From Candidatus Iainarchaeum sp. (GTDB lineage: Archaea > Iainarchaeota > Iainarchaeia > Iainarchaeales > CSSED10-239), in contig JAQVTI010000002.1 of the NCBI GenBank assembly GCA_028700115.1, positions 418-64,417 on the forward strand: 64,000 nt of DNA, in the 5' to 3' direction. Positions 8,388 to 17,713 of the stretch are shown here, piece by piece (within the stretch, counting starts at the first letter, position 1; each line of letters opens with the position of its first letter). The notes under the pieces were generated by a model, which saw only the letters and a program-made list of their open reading frames with translations, was not told where the DNA came from and ran no database searches. Position numbers and translations under genes: made by a program.

Positions 8388-9371
8388 ATGCCAAGAAGAT
8401 ATAAACCAAGAGCTGGTTCTATGGCTTTTTACCCTAGGGTAAAAGCAAAATCAATTATTCCTAAGTTTAATAGTTTTGGAGATATTGTAAATAATTCAGA
8501 TTGTAAGCCTCTTTGTTTTTTTACAATTAAAGCAGGTATGGCCCAAGTAATTGGTAAAGATGCTCATAAGAAGAGTTCTACTTATGGTCAAGAAGTTGTA
8601 ACTTCTGTAACTTTACTTGATGCTCCTGATTTGAAGGTTGTAGGAGCCAGATTTTATAAAGATAATAAAATTATTTTTGGGAAAAAAGCTGTTTTTGAAT
8701 TTTTAAATTTTGATAATTTAATTTCACGAAAAATAAAAGGTAAAAATTCAAAAAAAACAATTTCTTTAGATGATATTTTAAAAAGAAAAGATGAAGCAAA
8801 TTCTTTAGTTTTATTAGCTTATTTAGATTCTAAAAAAACATCTACTGGTCAAAAGAAACCAATTTTAGCAGAGATTCCTTTGTCAGGAGATTATGATTCT
8901 CAAATAAATTATTTAAAAGAGAAATTAAATAAAACCATTTCTGCTTTAGAAGTTTTTAATGCTGATACTTATTTAGATGTTAAGTCTATTTCTAAAGGAC
9001 ATGGAACAACAGGTCCTGTTAAAAGATTTAATATAAAAACATTAAGACCAAAACACCAACAAATAGAAAGACATGTTGGTTCAATTGGTCCATGGCATCC
9101 TGCTACAATAATGTATACTGTTCCTAGAGCAGGTCAACATGGTTTCCATAATAGAACTGCTTATAATAAAAAATTATTAATGATAGATTCAGATGTAAAT
9201 AAAGTTAATTTTAAAGCAGGTTTACAAAATTATGGGGTTTTAAAAAATAATTATCTTGTGGTTGCTGGTTCTGTTCCAGGTCCTGTTAAAAGAGTTGTAG
9301 TTTTAAGAAATGCAACAAGACCACAAAGAAATTTAGTAGAGTTAACAGATATAAAAATTATAGTTAATTAA
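8388..9371 (+). CDS. rpl3: 50S ribosomal protein L3
   Basis: MPRRYKPRAGSMAFYPR and KGHGTTGPVKRF motifs. First gene of the conserved operon. Confidence 0.95.
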   Translation: MPRRYKPRAGSMAFYPRVKAKSIIPKFNSFGDIVNNSDCKPLCFFTIKAGMAQVIGKDAHKKSSTYGQEVVTSVTLLDAPDLKVVGARFYKDNKIIFGKKAVFEFLNFDNLISRKIKGKNSKKTISLDDILKRKDEANSLVLLAYLDSKKTSTGQKKPILAEIPLSGDYDSQINYLKEKLNKTISALEVFNADTYLDVKSISKGHGTTGPVKRFNIKTLRPKHQQIERHVGSIGPWHPATIMYTVPRAGQHGFHNRTAYNKKLLMIDSDVNKVNFKAGLQNYGVLKNNYLVVAGSVPGPVKRVVVLRNATRPQRNLVELTDIKIIVN

Positions 9372-9382
9372 AGTGGGTTTTT

Positions 9383-10201
9383 ATGAAAACAAATGTTTTT
9401 AATTTAGAAGGAAAAGTAATTAAGGAAATTAATTTGCCAAGCTTTTTTGAAGAAAATTATAGACCTGATCTTATTAAAAGAGCAGTAATTTCAAGTCAAT
9501 CAAAAAGTTATCAACCAAAAGGTAATTCTCCTTATTCAAATAGACTAAATACTGCTGAATATAGAGGTGTAAGAAAACCAAGTAGAATGAAAAATTCTAT
9601 TAATACAGGTCATGCAAGACTTCCAAGATTAAAAAATAGAACAGTTCTTATGGCTGGAAGAGTTGCAGGGGTTTCTCAAGCATTAGGTGGACCTAGAGCG
9701 CATCCTCCAAAAGTTTCAAAAATTTTAGTTAAAAAAATAAATTCAAAGGAAAGAACAAAAGCAATTTTAAGTGCAATTTCTGCAACTGCAAGTAAGTCTA
9801 TTGTAAGTGTTAGAGGTTCTTTACTTCCTGAAACAATAAAAACTCTCCCAATTATTGTTGATTCTTCTTTAGAAGATGTTTTAAAAACAAAAGATGTTGA
9901 TTCTTTTTTAGAAAAATTAGGATTAATTGAAAATATACAAAAAGCTAAAGATGCAAAAACTTTTAGAGCAGGAAGAGGAAAAACAAGGGGTAGACGATAT
10001 AAAAGAAGAAAAAGTATTTTGTTTGTTTTAGGAGATAATAAAAATTATAAGTCCTTTTTAAATATTGAAGGTGTTGATGTAATTAATGCAAAATATCTTT
10101 CAATTAATGAACTTGCTCCTGGAACACATGCAGGAAGATTAACAATTTATACTGAAAATGCAATTGAAGAGTTAAAAAACAGATTTTCTAAGGTGAATTA
10201 A
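9383..10201 (+). CDS. rpl4: 50S ribosomal protein L4
   Basis: Operon position. RAGRGKTRGRRYKRRKS motif. Confidence 0.9.
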   Translation: MKTNVFNLEGKVIKEINLPSFFEENYRPDLIKRAVISSQSKSYQPKGNSPYSNRLNTAEYRGVRKPSRMKNSINTGHARLPRLKNRTVLMAGRVAGVSQALGGPRAHPPKVSKILVKKINSKERTKAILSAISATASKSIVSVRGSLLPETIKTLPIIVDSSLEDVLKTKDVDSFLEKLGLIENIQKAKDAKTFRAGRGKTRGRRYKRRKSILFVLGDNKNYKSFLNIEGVDVINAKYLSINELAPGTHAGRLTIYTENAIEELKNRFSKVN

Positions 10202-10202
10202 A

Positions 10203-10472
10203 ATGAAAATTATAGAATATTATGATGTTGTAGAATATCCTGTTATTACAGAAAAAGCTGTTGATTTAATTTCAACTGCAAATAGATTAACTTTTGTTGT
10301 TAATAAAAAGTCTACAAAAGCACAAATTAAAGATGCTGTCGAAAAAATGTATAATGTGAAAGTTAAAACTATTAATACTTTATTAGATAGAAAAAATAGA
10401 AAAAAAGCATTTGTTACTCTTTCAAAGGAAAATAATGCCCAAGATGTAGCAAATAAGCTTGGAATATTATAG
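10203..10472 (+). CDS. rpl23: 50S ribosomal protein L23
   Basis: Operon position. YPVITEKA ... LTFVV motif. Confidence 0.9.
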   Translation: MKIIEYYDVVEYPVITEKAVDLISTANRLTFVVNKKSTKAQIKDAVEKMYNVKVKTINTLLDRKNRKKAFVTLSKENNAQDVANKLGIL

Positions 10473-10497
10473 ATATTAATTTTTAAAGGTAATTACT

Positions 10498-11202
10498 ATG
10501 GGAAGAAGATTAAAACTTCAAAGAAGAGGAAAAGGAAGTCCAAAGTATAAATCTACTATTCATGCAAAAGTAGATATTAGGTATAATCATTTTAAAGAAC
10601 TTGTAAAAGCACAAGTTATAGAAATGATTACAGATCCAGTAAGGTCTGCGCCTATTGCAAAAATTCTTTTAGAAACTGGACAAACAGATTATGTAATATG
10701 TTCTGAAGGTCTTTTAACTGGTCAAAAGTTAGAGTTTGGGCAAGGTGCTAGTCAAAAAGTTGGTAATGTTTTATTTTTAGAAGATATTGCTCCTGGTACT
10801 CAAATATTTAATATTGAAAAAAACTTTGGAGATGGTGGGAAATTTGTTAGAGCAAGTGGACAATCTGCAGTTTTAGTTTCAAAAAAAGAAAAAGCTATGG
10901 TGAAATTACCTTCTGGACAATTAAAAACATTTCCATTAGGAGTTAGAGCTACAATTGGTGTTGTAGCTGCTTCAGGAAGAACAAATAAACCATTTGTTAC
11001 TGCTGGTAGTAAATTCCATGCAATGAAAGCAAAAAGCAAACCTTATCCAAGAGTTAGAGGTGTTGCTATGAACCCTGTTGATCATCCTTTTGGTGGTTTT
11101 CAACATCATGTAGGGCATTCTAAGTCTACTTCAAGACATGCTCCTGCTGGTAGAAAAGTTGGTTCAATTGCATCAAAGAGAACTGGAAGAAAGAAGAAGT
11201 AA
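10498..11202 (+). CDS. rpl2: 50S ribosomal protein L2
   Basis: RGVAMNPVDHPFGG motif. Confidence 0.95.
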   Translation: MGRRLKLQRRGKGSPKYKSTIHAKVDIRYNHFKELVKAQVIEMITDPVRSAPIAKILLETGQTDYVICSEGLLTGQKLEFGQGASQKVGNVLFLEDIAPGTQIFNIEKNFGDGGKFVRASGQSAVLVSKKEKAMVKLPSGQLKTFPLGVRATIGVVAASGRTNKPFVTAGSKFHAMKAKSKPYPRVRGVAMNPVDHPFGGFQHHVGHSKSTSRHAPAGRKVGSIASKRTGRKKK

Positions 11203-11214
11203 ATGTGAGTTTAA

Positions 11215-11601
11215 ATGGAAGAACCAAATGATTTTTTATATAAAGGTAAATCTTTAGATGATTTAAAAAAATTATCTTTAAAAGAGTTTGCAAGTTTAGT
11301 AAATTCTAGAGCTAGACGAAATATTATTAGAAATGAATCTGATCAGTTTTATCAAAGAGTTGAAAAAGATATAAAGCAAAATAATATTAGAACACATAGA
11401 AGAGATTTAATTGTGACTCCTAAAATGGTTGGAAAGACAATAAGTATTTATAATGGAAAAGAGTTTAAACCAGTTTTTATTGTTTCAGAAATGCTTGGGC
11501 ATTATTTAGGGGAATTTGTTCTTACTAGAAAAAGATTAATTCATGGTAAAGCAGGAATTGGTGCTACAAAGTCAAGTACTGCAATAAGTGAAAGAAAGTA
11601 A
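11215..11601 (+). CDS. rps19: 30S ribosomal protein S19
   Basis: VGKTISIYNGKEF and GHYLGEF motifs. Confidence 0.95.
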   Translation: MEEPNDFLYKGKSLDDLKKLSLKEFASLVNSRARRNIIRNESDQFYQRVEKDIKQNNIRTHRRDLIVTPKMVGKTISIYNGKEFKPVFIVSEMLGHYLGEFVLTRKRLIHGKAGIGATKSSTAISERK

Positions 11602-11613
11602 AGGTAGATTAAT

Positions 11614-12084
11614 ATGACTTTAAAAAATTATAATTATCAAAAACCTTTGGATGAAAAAAGAATTGCAAAGGCATCTAGGCAAAATGCAAAAGTTTCTACA
11701 AAATATTCAATAGAATTTTGTAATTATTTTAAAAATATGCCATTAAAAAAAGCAATAAAAATTTCTCAAGATATTCAAGATAAAAAAGATTTTCTACCAT
11801 TAGTTAGATTTAATAAAAAAGTTGGGCATAGAAAAGGTCAATCTAAAAGAGGAGTTTCTTCAGGAAGATATCCTATTAAATGTGCTGCTTTAGTAAAAGA
11901 GTTATTAAAAGATGTTTCTTCTAATGCAGAAGATAAAAATTTAGATATTAATAAATTAAAAATCATTCACATGTTTGCTTCAAAAGGAGTAACTAGATCT
12001 AAATTGCAACCTCTAGGAAGAGTTAGCGGTAAGCAAAGAGAGTCTAAATCAACAAACATAGAAGTGATTGTTCTGGAGGAATAA
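11614..12084 (+). CDS. rpl22: 50S ribosomal protein L22
   Basis: Operon position. Typical uL22 pattern. Confidence 0.9.
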   Translation: MTLKNYNYQKPLDEKRIAKASRQNAKVSTKYSIEFCNYFKNMPLKKAIKISQDIQDKKDFLPLVRFNKKVGHRKGQSKRGVSSGRYPIKCAALVKELLKDVSSNAEDKNLDINKLKIIHMFASKGVTRSKLQPLGRVSGKQRESKSTNIEVIVLEE

Positions 12085-12087
12085 TCT

Positions 12088-13083
12088 GTGAAGGAAAATA
12101 TTTTTGTAAAAGATAAATTAAAAAAGATTGCAATTGCAAACTATCTTAAAAAAAAACTAAAAAGTGCAGGATTTATAGATGTTGAAGTTGTTAAAACTTC
12201 TTTTAATACAAGAATTGTAATTTATTCTTTAAAGCCTGGTTTTATTATTGGTAAAAAAGGTGCAAATATCAGAGAACTTACTAATGATTTAGAAAATAAG
12301 TTTGGATATTCAAAAGTTCATATAGAAATTGGAGAAATTCCAAATAAAAATTTAGATGCAAAAGTAATAATAGAAAATATTGAAGCAAATATTTCTAAGG
12401 GAATTTCTTGGAAAAGCGTTGTATATTCTGCATTAAGACAAATTAAAAATGCTGGTGCAATTGGTGCTGAAATTGTTGCAAAAGGAAACACTGCGGGAAA
12501 AGGTCAAAGAAAAAGAAAATCTAGATTCTTTTTTGGATATATGAAAAAAGCAGGAGATCAAAAAGATCTTGTAAGTTTTGAGAAAAAAACTACTTTTCCT
12601 GGTCTTGGAACAATTGGTATAAGACTTAGAATTGTAAAACCAGATATTATGTTTAGTGATAAAGTAGATGTTTCTGAACTTTGTAGAGATTTTAAAATAA
12701 AAATGGAAGAAGAAATTTTAGAAAAATCTAAAGAAAAAATTGATAATGTAGATAAAAGTTCAAAAGATATTAAAGAAAAAGATATTAAAGAAAAAGATAT
12801 TAAAGAAAAAGATATTAAAGAAAAAGATATTAAAGAAAAAGATATTAAAGAAAAAGATATTAAAGAAAAAGATATTAAAGAAAAAGATATTAAAGAAATT
12901 TCTAATGATAAAAAAAGTTTATCTAAAAAGAAAGTTTCTAAAGAAAATAGTTCTTTAAAAAAAGATATTTCTAAAAAAGTAACTTCAAAAGTAAAAGATG
13001 TTTTAAAAACAAAAGATGATAGTAAAAATTTATCTATATCTAATGATTCTAAATTAGATGATTTAATAAAAGTAGATAAATAA
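12088..13083 (+). CDS. rps3: 30S ribosomal protein S3 with a long Lys-rich C-terminal extension containing a tandem repeat
   Basis: KH-domain motif GFIIGKKGANIREL. GTG start 8 nt after GGAGG. The last ~120 aa are low complexity. Confidence 0.9.
   Translation: MKENIFVKDKLKKIAIANYLKKKLKSAGFIDVEVVKTSFNTRIVIYSLKPGFIIGKKGANIRELTNDLENKFGYSKVHIEIGEIPNKNLDAKVIIENIEANISKGISWKSVVYSALRQIKNAGAIGAEIVAKGNTAGKGQRKRKSRFFFGYMKKAGDQKDLVSFEKKTTFPGLGTIGIRLRIVKPDIMFSDKVDVSELCRDFKIKMEEEILEKSKEKIDNVDKSSKDIKEKDIKEKDIKEKDIKEKDIKEKDIKEKDIKEKDIKEKDIKEISNDKKSLSKKKVSKENSSLKKDISKKVTSKVKDVLKTKDDSKNLSISNDSKLDDLIKVDK
12766..12900. repeat. 15-bp tandem repeat (gatattaaagaaaaa), 8 perfect copies and 1 imperfect copy, inside rps3
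   Basis: Read directly from the sequence. Encodes (DIKEK)n. Confidence 0.9.
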
Positions 13084-13104
13084 TTATTTAAGAGTTGATT
13101 TTAA

Positions 13105-13332
13105 ATGGTTAAAAAAAGAAAAATTGAATACAATTCAATTGAAGAGATTGATAATAAAGTTAAAAAATTAAAATTAGATCTTGCTAAACATAAAGGTATG
13201 CTTGCTTCTAAGACAAAAACTAACAATACTTCTAAAAAAGGTGAACTTAAAAAAGAAATTGCAAGACTTTTAACTAAAAAAAATCAATTATCTAAATTAA
13301 ATTTAGTTAATGCCGTGGAGGGTAAGAAATAA
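13105..13332 (+). CDS. rpl29: 50S ribosomal protein L29
   Basis: Operon position, size and coiled-coil character. Confidence 0.85.
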   Translation: MVKKRKIEYNSIEEIDNKVKKLKLDLAKHKGMLASKTKTNNTSKKGELKKEIARLLTKKNQLSKLNLVNAVEGKK

Positions 13333-13634
13333 TGAAAGATATAAGTTCTGTTAGTCATCTTTCAAATGAGATTTTTGATTTAAATTCTATTTCAAAAGAA
13401 TCTCAACAAATAAAAATTACAATTGAAAGAAAAAAATTTAAAAAATTTGCAACATTAATTTCTGGGTTTTCAAAAACTTCAGAAGCAAAAGATGTTGAAA
13501 AATATTTAAAAAAAAAGCTTGCTTGTGGTGGTACAACAAAGAATAATGTTGTTGAAATTCAAGGTAATCAAAAAGATAAAGTTAAGCTTTTATTAATTGA
13601 AAAAGGTTATCAAGAGGAATTAATTGATGCTTAA
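13332..13634 (+). CDS. sui1: translation initiation factor SUI1 (aIF1)
   Basis: KLACGGT and EIQG motifs. Conserved position after L29. Confidence 0.85.
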   Translation: MKDISSVSHLSNEIFDLNSISKESQQIKITIERKKFKKFATLISGFSKTSEAKDVEKYLKKKLACGGTTKNNVVEIQGNQKDKVKLLLIEKGYQEELIDA

Positions 13635-13815
13635 TTTAAAAGATATTGAAATGATTGGAAAAAGTTATAAAATAGAAAATGCTTCAGATCCTTCAAAAAT
13701 TGGGTTTATTGGAAGAGTAATTTTTATAACTAATGATGAAATTGTATTTGATGATTCTCAAAAAATTTTTAAAATTAAAAAAAATGAAATTATTAAATTA
13801 AAAAAAATTATGTGA
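13627..13815 (+). CDS. rnp1: RNase P protein component 1 (Rpp29/Pop4-like), minimal 62-aa form
   Basis: Conserved position between SUI1 and S17. Sm-like pattern IGKSYKIENASDPSKIGFIGRVIFITNDEIVF. Much shorter than typical Rpp29. Confidence 0.5.
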   Translation: MLNLKDIEMIGKSYKIENASDPSKIGFIGRVIFITNDEIVFDDSQKIFKIKKNEIIKLKKIM

Positions 13816-13820
13816 TTTTT

Positions 13821-14102
13821 ATGGTAAATAATAAACAAACAAATAATTTAAGTGTTAGAGGAAAAATGGTAGAGGGAAAAGTTATTAGAATGAAGTCTAA
13901 AAAAACTGCTCAAATTGAAATCTCTAGAACTAAATTTATCCCAAAATATGAAAGATATTTATTTGAAAAAAGTAAATTTGCTGCACATGTTCCTGATGGA
14001 TTAGAAATTTCTGTAGGGGATAATGTTTTATGTGGTGAAACTAGAAAAATAAGTAAAACTAAATCCATGATTGTTATTAAAAAACAAGATATTAAAAATT
14101 AA
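13821..14102 (+). CDS. rps17: 30S ribosomal protein S17
   Basis: Operon position. The ATG at 13821 follows a GTGAT SD, so the track start at 13812 lies inside the SD. Confidence 0.9.
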   Translation: MVNNKQTNNLSVRGKMVEGKVIRMKSKKTAQIEISRTKFIPKYERYLFEKSKFAAHVPDGLEISVGDNVLCGETRKISKTKSMIVIKKQDIKN

Positions 14103-14125
14103 TTTTTTAAAAAAGGTGTATAAGT

Positions 14126-14524
14126 ATGAAACAAATAAGTGCAAATGTTACAAGAGGGCTTTGTACAAAGTCTCAATGTGTGTGTACAGATAATAGTGGT
14201 GCAAAAATTGTTGAAATTATTTCTGTTTATAAATTTAAAAATAGAAAAACACAATTTCCTTCTGCAGGAATAGGATCTCTTGTAAATGTTGTTGTTAAAA
14301 AAGGTACCCCTAATATGAAAAAAAAAATTGAAAAAGCAGTAATTGTTAGAGTAAAAAAAGAATATAGAAGAAAAAATGGTAAAAGAATTTGTTTTGAAGA
14401 TAATGCTGTTGTTTTAACAGATTTAAAAGGATTTCCAAAAGCATCTGAAGTTAAAGGATGTGTTGCTAAAGAAGTTGGTGAAAGATATCCAAAGATAGCA
14501 GGGCTTTCTTCTGCTGTTATATAA
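14126..14524 (+). CDS. rpl14: 50S ribosomal protein L14
   Basis: CTDNSGAK motif. Confidence 0.95.
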   Translation: MKQISANVTRGLCTKSQCVCTDNSGAKIVEIISVYKFKNRKTQFPSAGIGSLVNVVVKKGTPNMKKKIEKAVIVRVKKEYRRKNGKRICFEDNAVVLTDLKGFPKASEVKGCVAKEVGERYPKIAGLSSAVI

Positions 14525-14560
14525 ATTTATTTTTAAAAAAATTATAAAGAATGATTGTTA

Positions 14561-14923
14561 ATGAATACTAAAACTAAAAACCCAGGAAAACAAAGAAAAT
14601 TGTTTTTTAAGGCCCCACTTCATCTTAAAAGAAAGCAAGTTGTTGCTCCAATTGATAAAAAGAAAGCTTTAGAAATTGGAAAAAAAGCTTTACCTATAAG
14701 AAAAGGTGATACTGTAAAAGTACTTGTTGGAAAATATAAGGGTAAAAGTGGAAAAGTTGAAAAAGTAAGTTATATTAAATCTAAAGTTTATATAAAAGAT
14801 TTAGTTTATAAAAATTTAAAAGGTCAAGAAAAATTTGTTCCTTTTACACCATCTAATTTAGTTATTTTAGATGTAGTTTTAAGTGATTCTAAAAGATTTA
14901 AAAAATCACCAAAGGTGAAATAG
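14561..14923 (+). CDS. rpl24: 50S ribosomal protein L24
   Basis: KOW motif IRKGDTVKVLVGKYKGKSGKV. The start could instead be the TTG at 14555. Confidence 0.9.
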   Translation: MNTKTKNPGKQRKLFFKAPLHLKRKQVVAPIDKKKALEIGKKALPIRKGDTVKVLVGKYKGKSGKVEKVSYIKSKVYIKDLVYKNLKGQEKFVPFTPSNLVILDVVLSDSKRFKKSPKVK

Positions 14924-14924
14924 T

Positions 14925-15614
14925 ATGGCAAATAAAGGCGAAACTAAATGTTTAAAAATAAGTAGTGTTAGAGTTGTTTCTGGGCTTGATAAAACAAAAA
15001 GATTTATATATAAACAAAATCCAGGAAAACATACATCTAATACTTCATTAAGTGTAGGTTATATTTTAAAAGATATCTTACATCTTGCAGATAATACTAG
15101 AGAAGTAAAATATATTATAAAAAATAGAGAAATTTATATTGATAAAAAGAAAGTTAAAGATCATAGATTCCCTGTTGGATTATATGATATTTTTGAAATT
15201 CCTAAATTAAATAAATTTTATAGAATTTATTATAAATTAAATGGTTCTTTATCTTTAAAAGAAATCACTAAAGAAGAAGCAACTTTTAAAATTTGTAAAA
15301 TTAAATCTAAAAAGATTTTAGGAAAAGAAAAAGTTCAATTAACTACAAATGATGGTAGAACAATAATTACTACAAATATTGCTTATAAACCAAAGGCTTC
15401 TATAAAATTAGATTTAGAAGAAAATGTTATAAAAGAATATTTTCCTTTAGAAAAAGGAAGAGAAGTTTTAGTTATTGGTGGAAAACATATTGGTCAAATT
15501 GCAAAAATTGAATCAATTAAGCCAAGTAATATGCAAAGACAAATGTTGATTCAATTAAAAGAAAGTGGAATTGACTTTGAAACTACAGAAAAAAATATAG
15601 TTGTAATAAATTAA
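14925..15614 (+). CDS. rps4e: 30S ribosomal protein S4e
   Basis: Operon position. Pattern DHRFPVGLYDIF. Confidence 0.9.
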   Translation: MANKGETKCLKISSVRVVSGLDKTKRFIYKQNPGKHTSNTSLSVGYILKDILHLADNTREVKYIIKNREIYIDKKKVKDHRFPVGLYDIFEIPKLNKFYRIYYKLNGSLSLKEITKEEATFKICKIKSKKILGKEKVQLTTNDGRTIITTNIAYKPKASIKLDLEENVIKEYFPLEKGREVLVIGGKHIGQIAKIESIKPSNMQRQMLIQLKESGIDFETTEKNIVVIN

Positions 15615-15628
15615 TTAATGTGATTTTT

Positions 15629-16156
15629 ATGCCTGAAGAAAAATCAAAAAATAATCCAATGAAAGAAATTTATATTGATAAAGTTGTTGTAAACATAGGT
15701 GTTGGAGAAGGAGGTGCAGAATTAGAAAAATCTGCAAAAATTCTTGAACTTGTTACTAAAAAACATGTTGTTAAAACAATTTGTAAAGTTAAACTTCCAA
15801 CTTGGGGAATTAGACCTGGGCTTCCTATTGGTTGTAAAACAACTCTTAGAGGAAAAGAAGCTATTGATTTTATAACACTTACACTTAAAGCAAAAAGAAA
15901 TAAATTAAAAGCAAAGTCTTTTACAAAAGAAGGTAATTTTTCATATGGTATTCATGAATATTTAGATGTTCCTGGTATTAAATATGATCCAGAACTTGGA
16001 ATTAGAGGGTTTGATGTTTGTATAAATCTTAGAAGAAGAGGTTATAGAATTAAATTAAGAAAATATAATCAACAAAAATTAGGTAAAAAACAAATTGTTT
16101 CAAAAAATGAAGCAATTGATTTTATTAAACAAAAATTTGGGGTTGTGGTTGAATGA
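15629..16156 (+). CDS. rpl5: 50S ribosomal protein L5
   Basis: KVVVNIGVGE and GFDVCI motifs. ATG after a GTGAT SD. Confidence 0.95.
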   Translation: MPEEKSKNNPMKEIYIDKVVVNIGVGEGGAELEKSAKILELVTKKHVVKTICKVKLPTWGIRPGLPIGCKTTLRGKEAIDFITLTLKAKRNKLKAKSFTKEGNFSYGIHEYLDVPGIKYDPELGIRGFDVCINLRRRGYRIKLRKYNQQKLGKKQIVSKNEAIDFIKQKFGVVVE

Positions 16157-16341
16157 CTACAAATAAAGAAAATAAAGGTGTGACTAAAAAAATTAGTCCA
16201 ACAAGTAAAGAAACTAAAAGAAGTAAAGCATGTAGATTTTGTGGATCTCATAGAGGAGTTATTACAAAATATAATTTATACATCTGTAGAAGATGTTTTA
16301 ATGATCATGCAGAAGAATTAGGTTTTAAAAAATATAATTAA
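16153..16341 (+). CDS. rps14: 30S ribosomal protein S14 (zinc-binding type)
   Basis: CRFCGSHRGVITKYNLYICRRCF. Confidence 0.9.
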   Translation: MTTNKENKGVTKKISPTSKETKRSKACRFCGSHRGVITKYNLYICRRCFNDHAEELGFKKYN

Positions 16342-16364
16342 ATAATTAGCATTTGGGTGAGTCG

Positions 16365-16754
16365 ATGAGTTTAAATGATCCTATAGCGGATGCATTAAAT
16401 AATTTAAATAATGCAGAAAATGTTGCAAAAAGTAATTGCGTTCTAAACTATTCAAAGTTATTAATATCTATTTTGGATGTTTTAAAAAATGAAGGATATA
16501 TTAATAATTATAAAATTATTGATAGTAGACCTCATAAAAAAATAGAAGTTAATCTCGGTGGGAAAATAAATAAATGTAAAGCAATAAAACCTAGATTTGC
16601 TGTAAAAAATAATGATTTTGAAAAGTTTGAAAAGTCTTATTTAATATCTAGAGATGTTGGTCTATTAGTAGTAAGTACTACAAATGGTTTAATGACTCAT
16701 AAAGATGCAAAAAAGTTAGGTCTTGGTGGTAGATTACTTGCATATATTTATTAA
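16365..16754 (+). CDS. rps8: 30S ribosomal protein S8
   Basis: LNDPIADALNNLNNAE at the N-terminus and GGRLLAYIY at the C-terminus. Confidence 0.95.
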   Translation: MSLNDPIADALNNLNNAENVAKSNCVLNYSKLLISILDVLKNEGYINNYKIIDSRPHKKIEVNLGGKINKCKAIKPRFAVKNNDFEKFEKSYLISRDVGLLVVSTTNGLMTHKDAKKLGLGGRLLAYIY

Positions 16755-16784
16755 ATAGTTTATAAAAATTTAATGTTGATCTTT

Positions 16785-17336
16785 ATGACTGAAGAAAAAA
16801 AAATTAAAGAAATTAAAAAAAATATTATAGATGTTTCTAAAGATATTTCTATAAAAATAGAAAAAAATATAATTATTTTAGAAAAAGCAGGTGTTTCTCA
16901 AGAAATTGTTTTTAATCCTGTTTATATATATATAGATGTCTTAGATAATCAAATAATAATTACCCCTAGAAATAAAAAAAGGAAGTTTGTGTCTGTATCA
17001 AATACTATTAAAAAAATTATTATGAATGCAATTAATGGTTTTGATAAAGAATATGTTTATACTTTATCAATAGTTTATTCTCACTTTCCAATAACAGTTA
17101 AAGTAGATGGGACAAATATAATAATCTCAAATTTTTTAGGAGAAAAAAAACCTAGAAAAACAAAAATTGCCCCAGGTTGTGTAGTTCAAGTTAATGGTAA
17201 GGAGATTATTGTTAAAGGTAAAAATAAATATGCAGTTGGACAAACTGCAGGTAGTCTAGAATCTACTGCAAGAGTAATTGGTAGAGATTATAGAGTTTTT
17301 GATGATGGTATTTATATTACTGGTAAAAATATATAG
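16785..17336 (+). CDS. rpl6: 50S ribosomal protein L6
   Basis: Operon position. The ATG at 16773 is an alternative start. Confidence 0.9.
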   Translation: MTEEKKIKEIKKNIIDVSKDISIKIEKNIIILEKAGVSQEIVFNPVYIYIDVLDNQIIITPRNKKRKFVSVSNTIKKIIMNAINGFDKEYVYTLSIVYSHFPITVKVDGTNIIISNFLGEKKPRKTKIAPGCVVQVNGKEIIVKGKNKYAVGQTAGSLESTARVIGRDYRVFDDGIYITGKNI

Positions 17337-17359
17337 ATTTAATTATAATGTGAATAATT

Positions 17360-17701
17360 ATGAGTAAAGATACACCAAATTTTAGAGGGCATTTTCCTCT
17401 TACAACTAGAAGAAGAAAAAAAAGAAGAGATGTTACTAAATGGAGAAGACCTAGAGGAATTGATAGTACACTTGCAACTCCAAGAGGACCTATTCCTAAA
17501 GTAGGATATGGTCATAAAAACGAAGATAAATATAAACATCCTTCTAATTTAAAAGAAGTTTTAGTTTGTTCTATGACTGATTTTGATAATATCTTTTTAG
17601 AAGAACCTGTAGCTATTAGATTTTCATCTACTTTAGGTAAAAAGAAAAAAGAAGATATTAGAAAATTAGCAATGGAAAAAAATATTAAAGTTTTAAATTA
17701 A
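17360..17701 (+). CDS. rpl32e: 50S ribosomal protein L32e
   Basis: WRRPRGIDS and GYGHK motifs. Confidence 0.9.
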   Translation: MSKDTPNFRGHFPLTTRRRKKRRDVTKWRRPRGIDSTLATPRGPIPKVGYGHKNEDKYKHPSNLKEVLVCSMTDFDNIFLEEPVAIRFSSTLGKKKKEDIRKLAMEKNIKVLN

Positions 17702-17713
17702 AATGTGACTTTT

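Noticed and set aside
10800-11039. Antisense or alternative-frame ORFs inside well-supported genes: 10800-11039, 16069-16251, 17339-17539, 19838-20257, 20428-20751, 20932-21159, 25933-26196, 26851-27192, 29580-29765, 29806-30084, 34417-34650, 36380-36742, 36803-37060, 40326-40556, 44584-44805, 46263-46466, 48486-48881, 49867-50058, 52144-52374, 55589-55798, 55982-56194.
   Set aside because: Each lies entirely within, or largely overlaps, a gene with strong family motifs on the other strand or frame. Their translations are low-complexity and lack SD-led starts. I treat them as shadow ORFs of AT-rich coding sequence.
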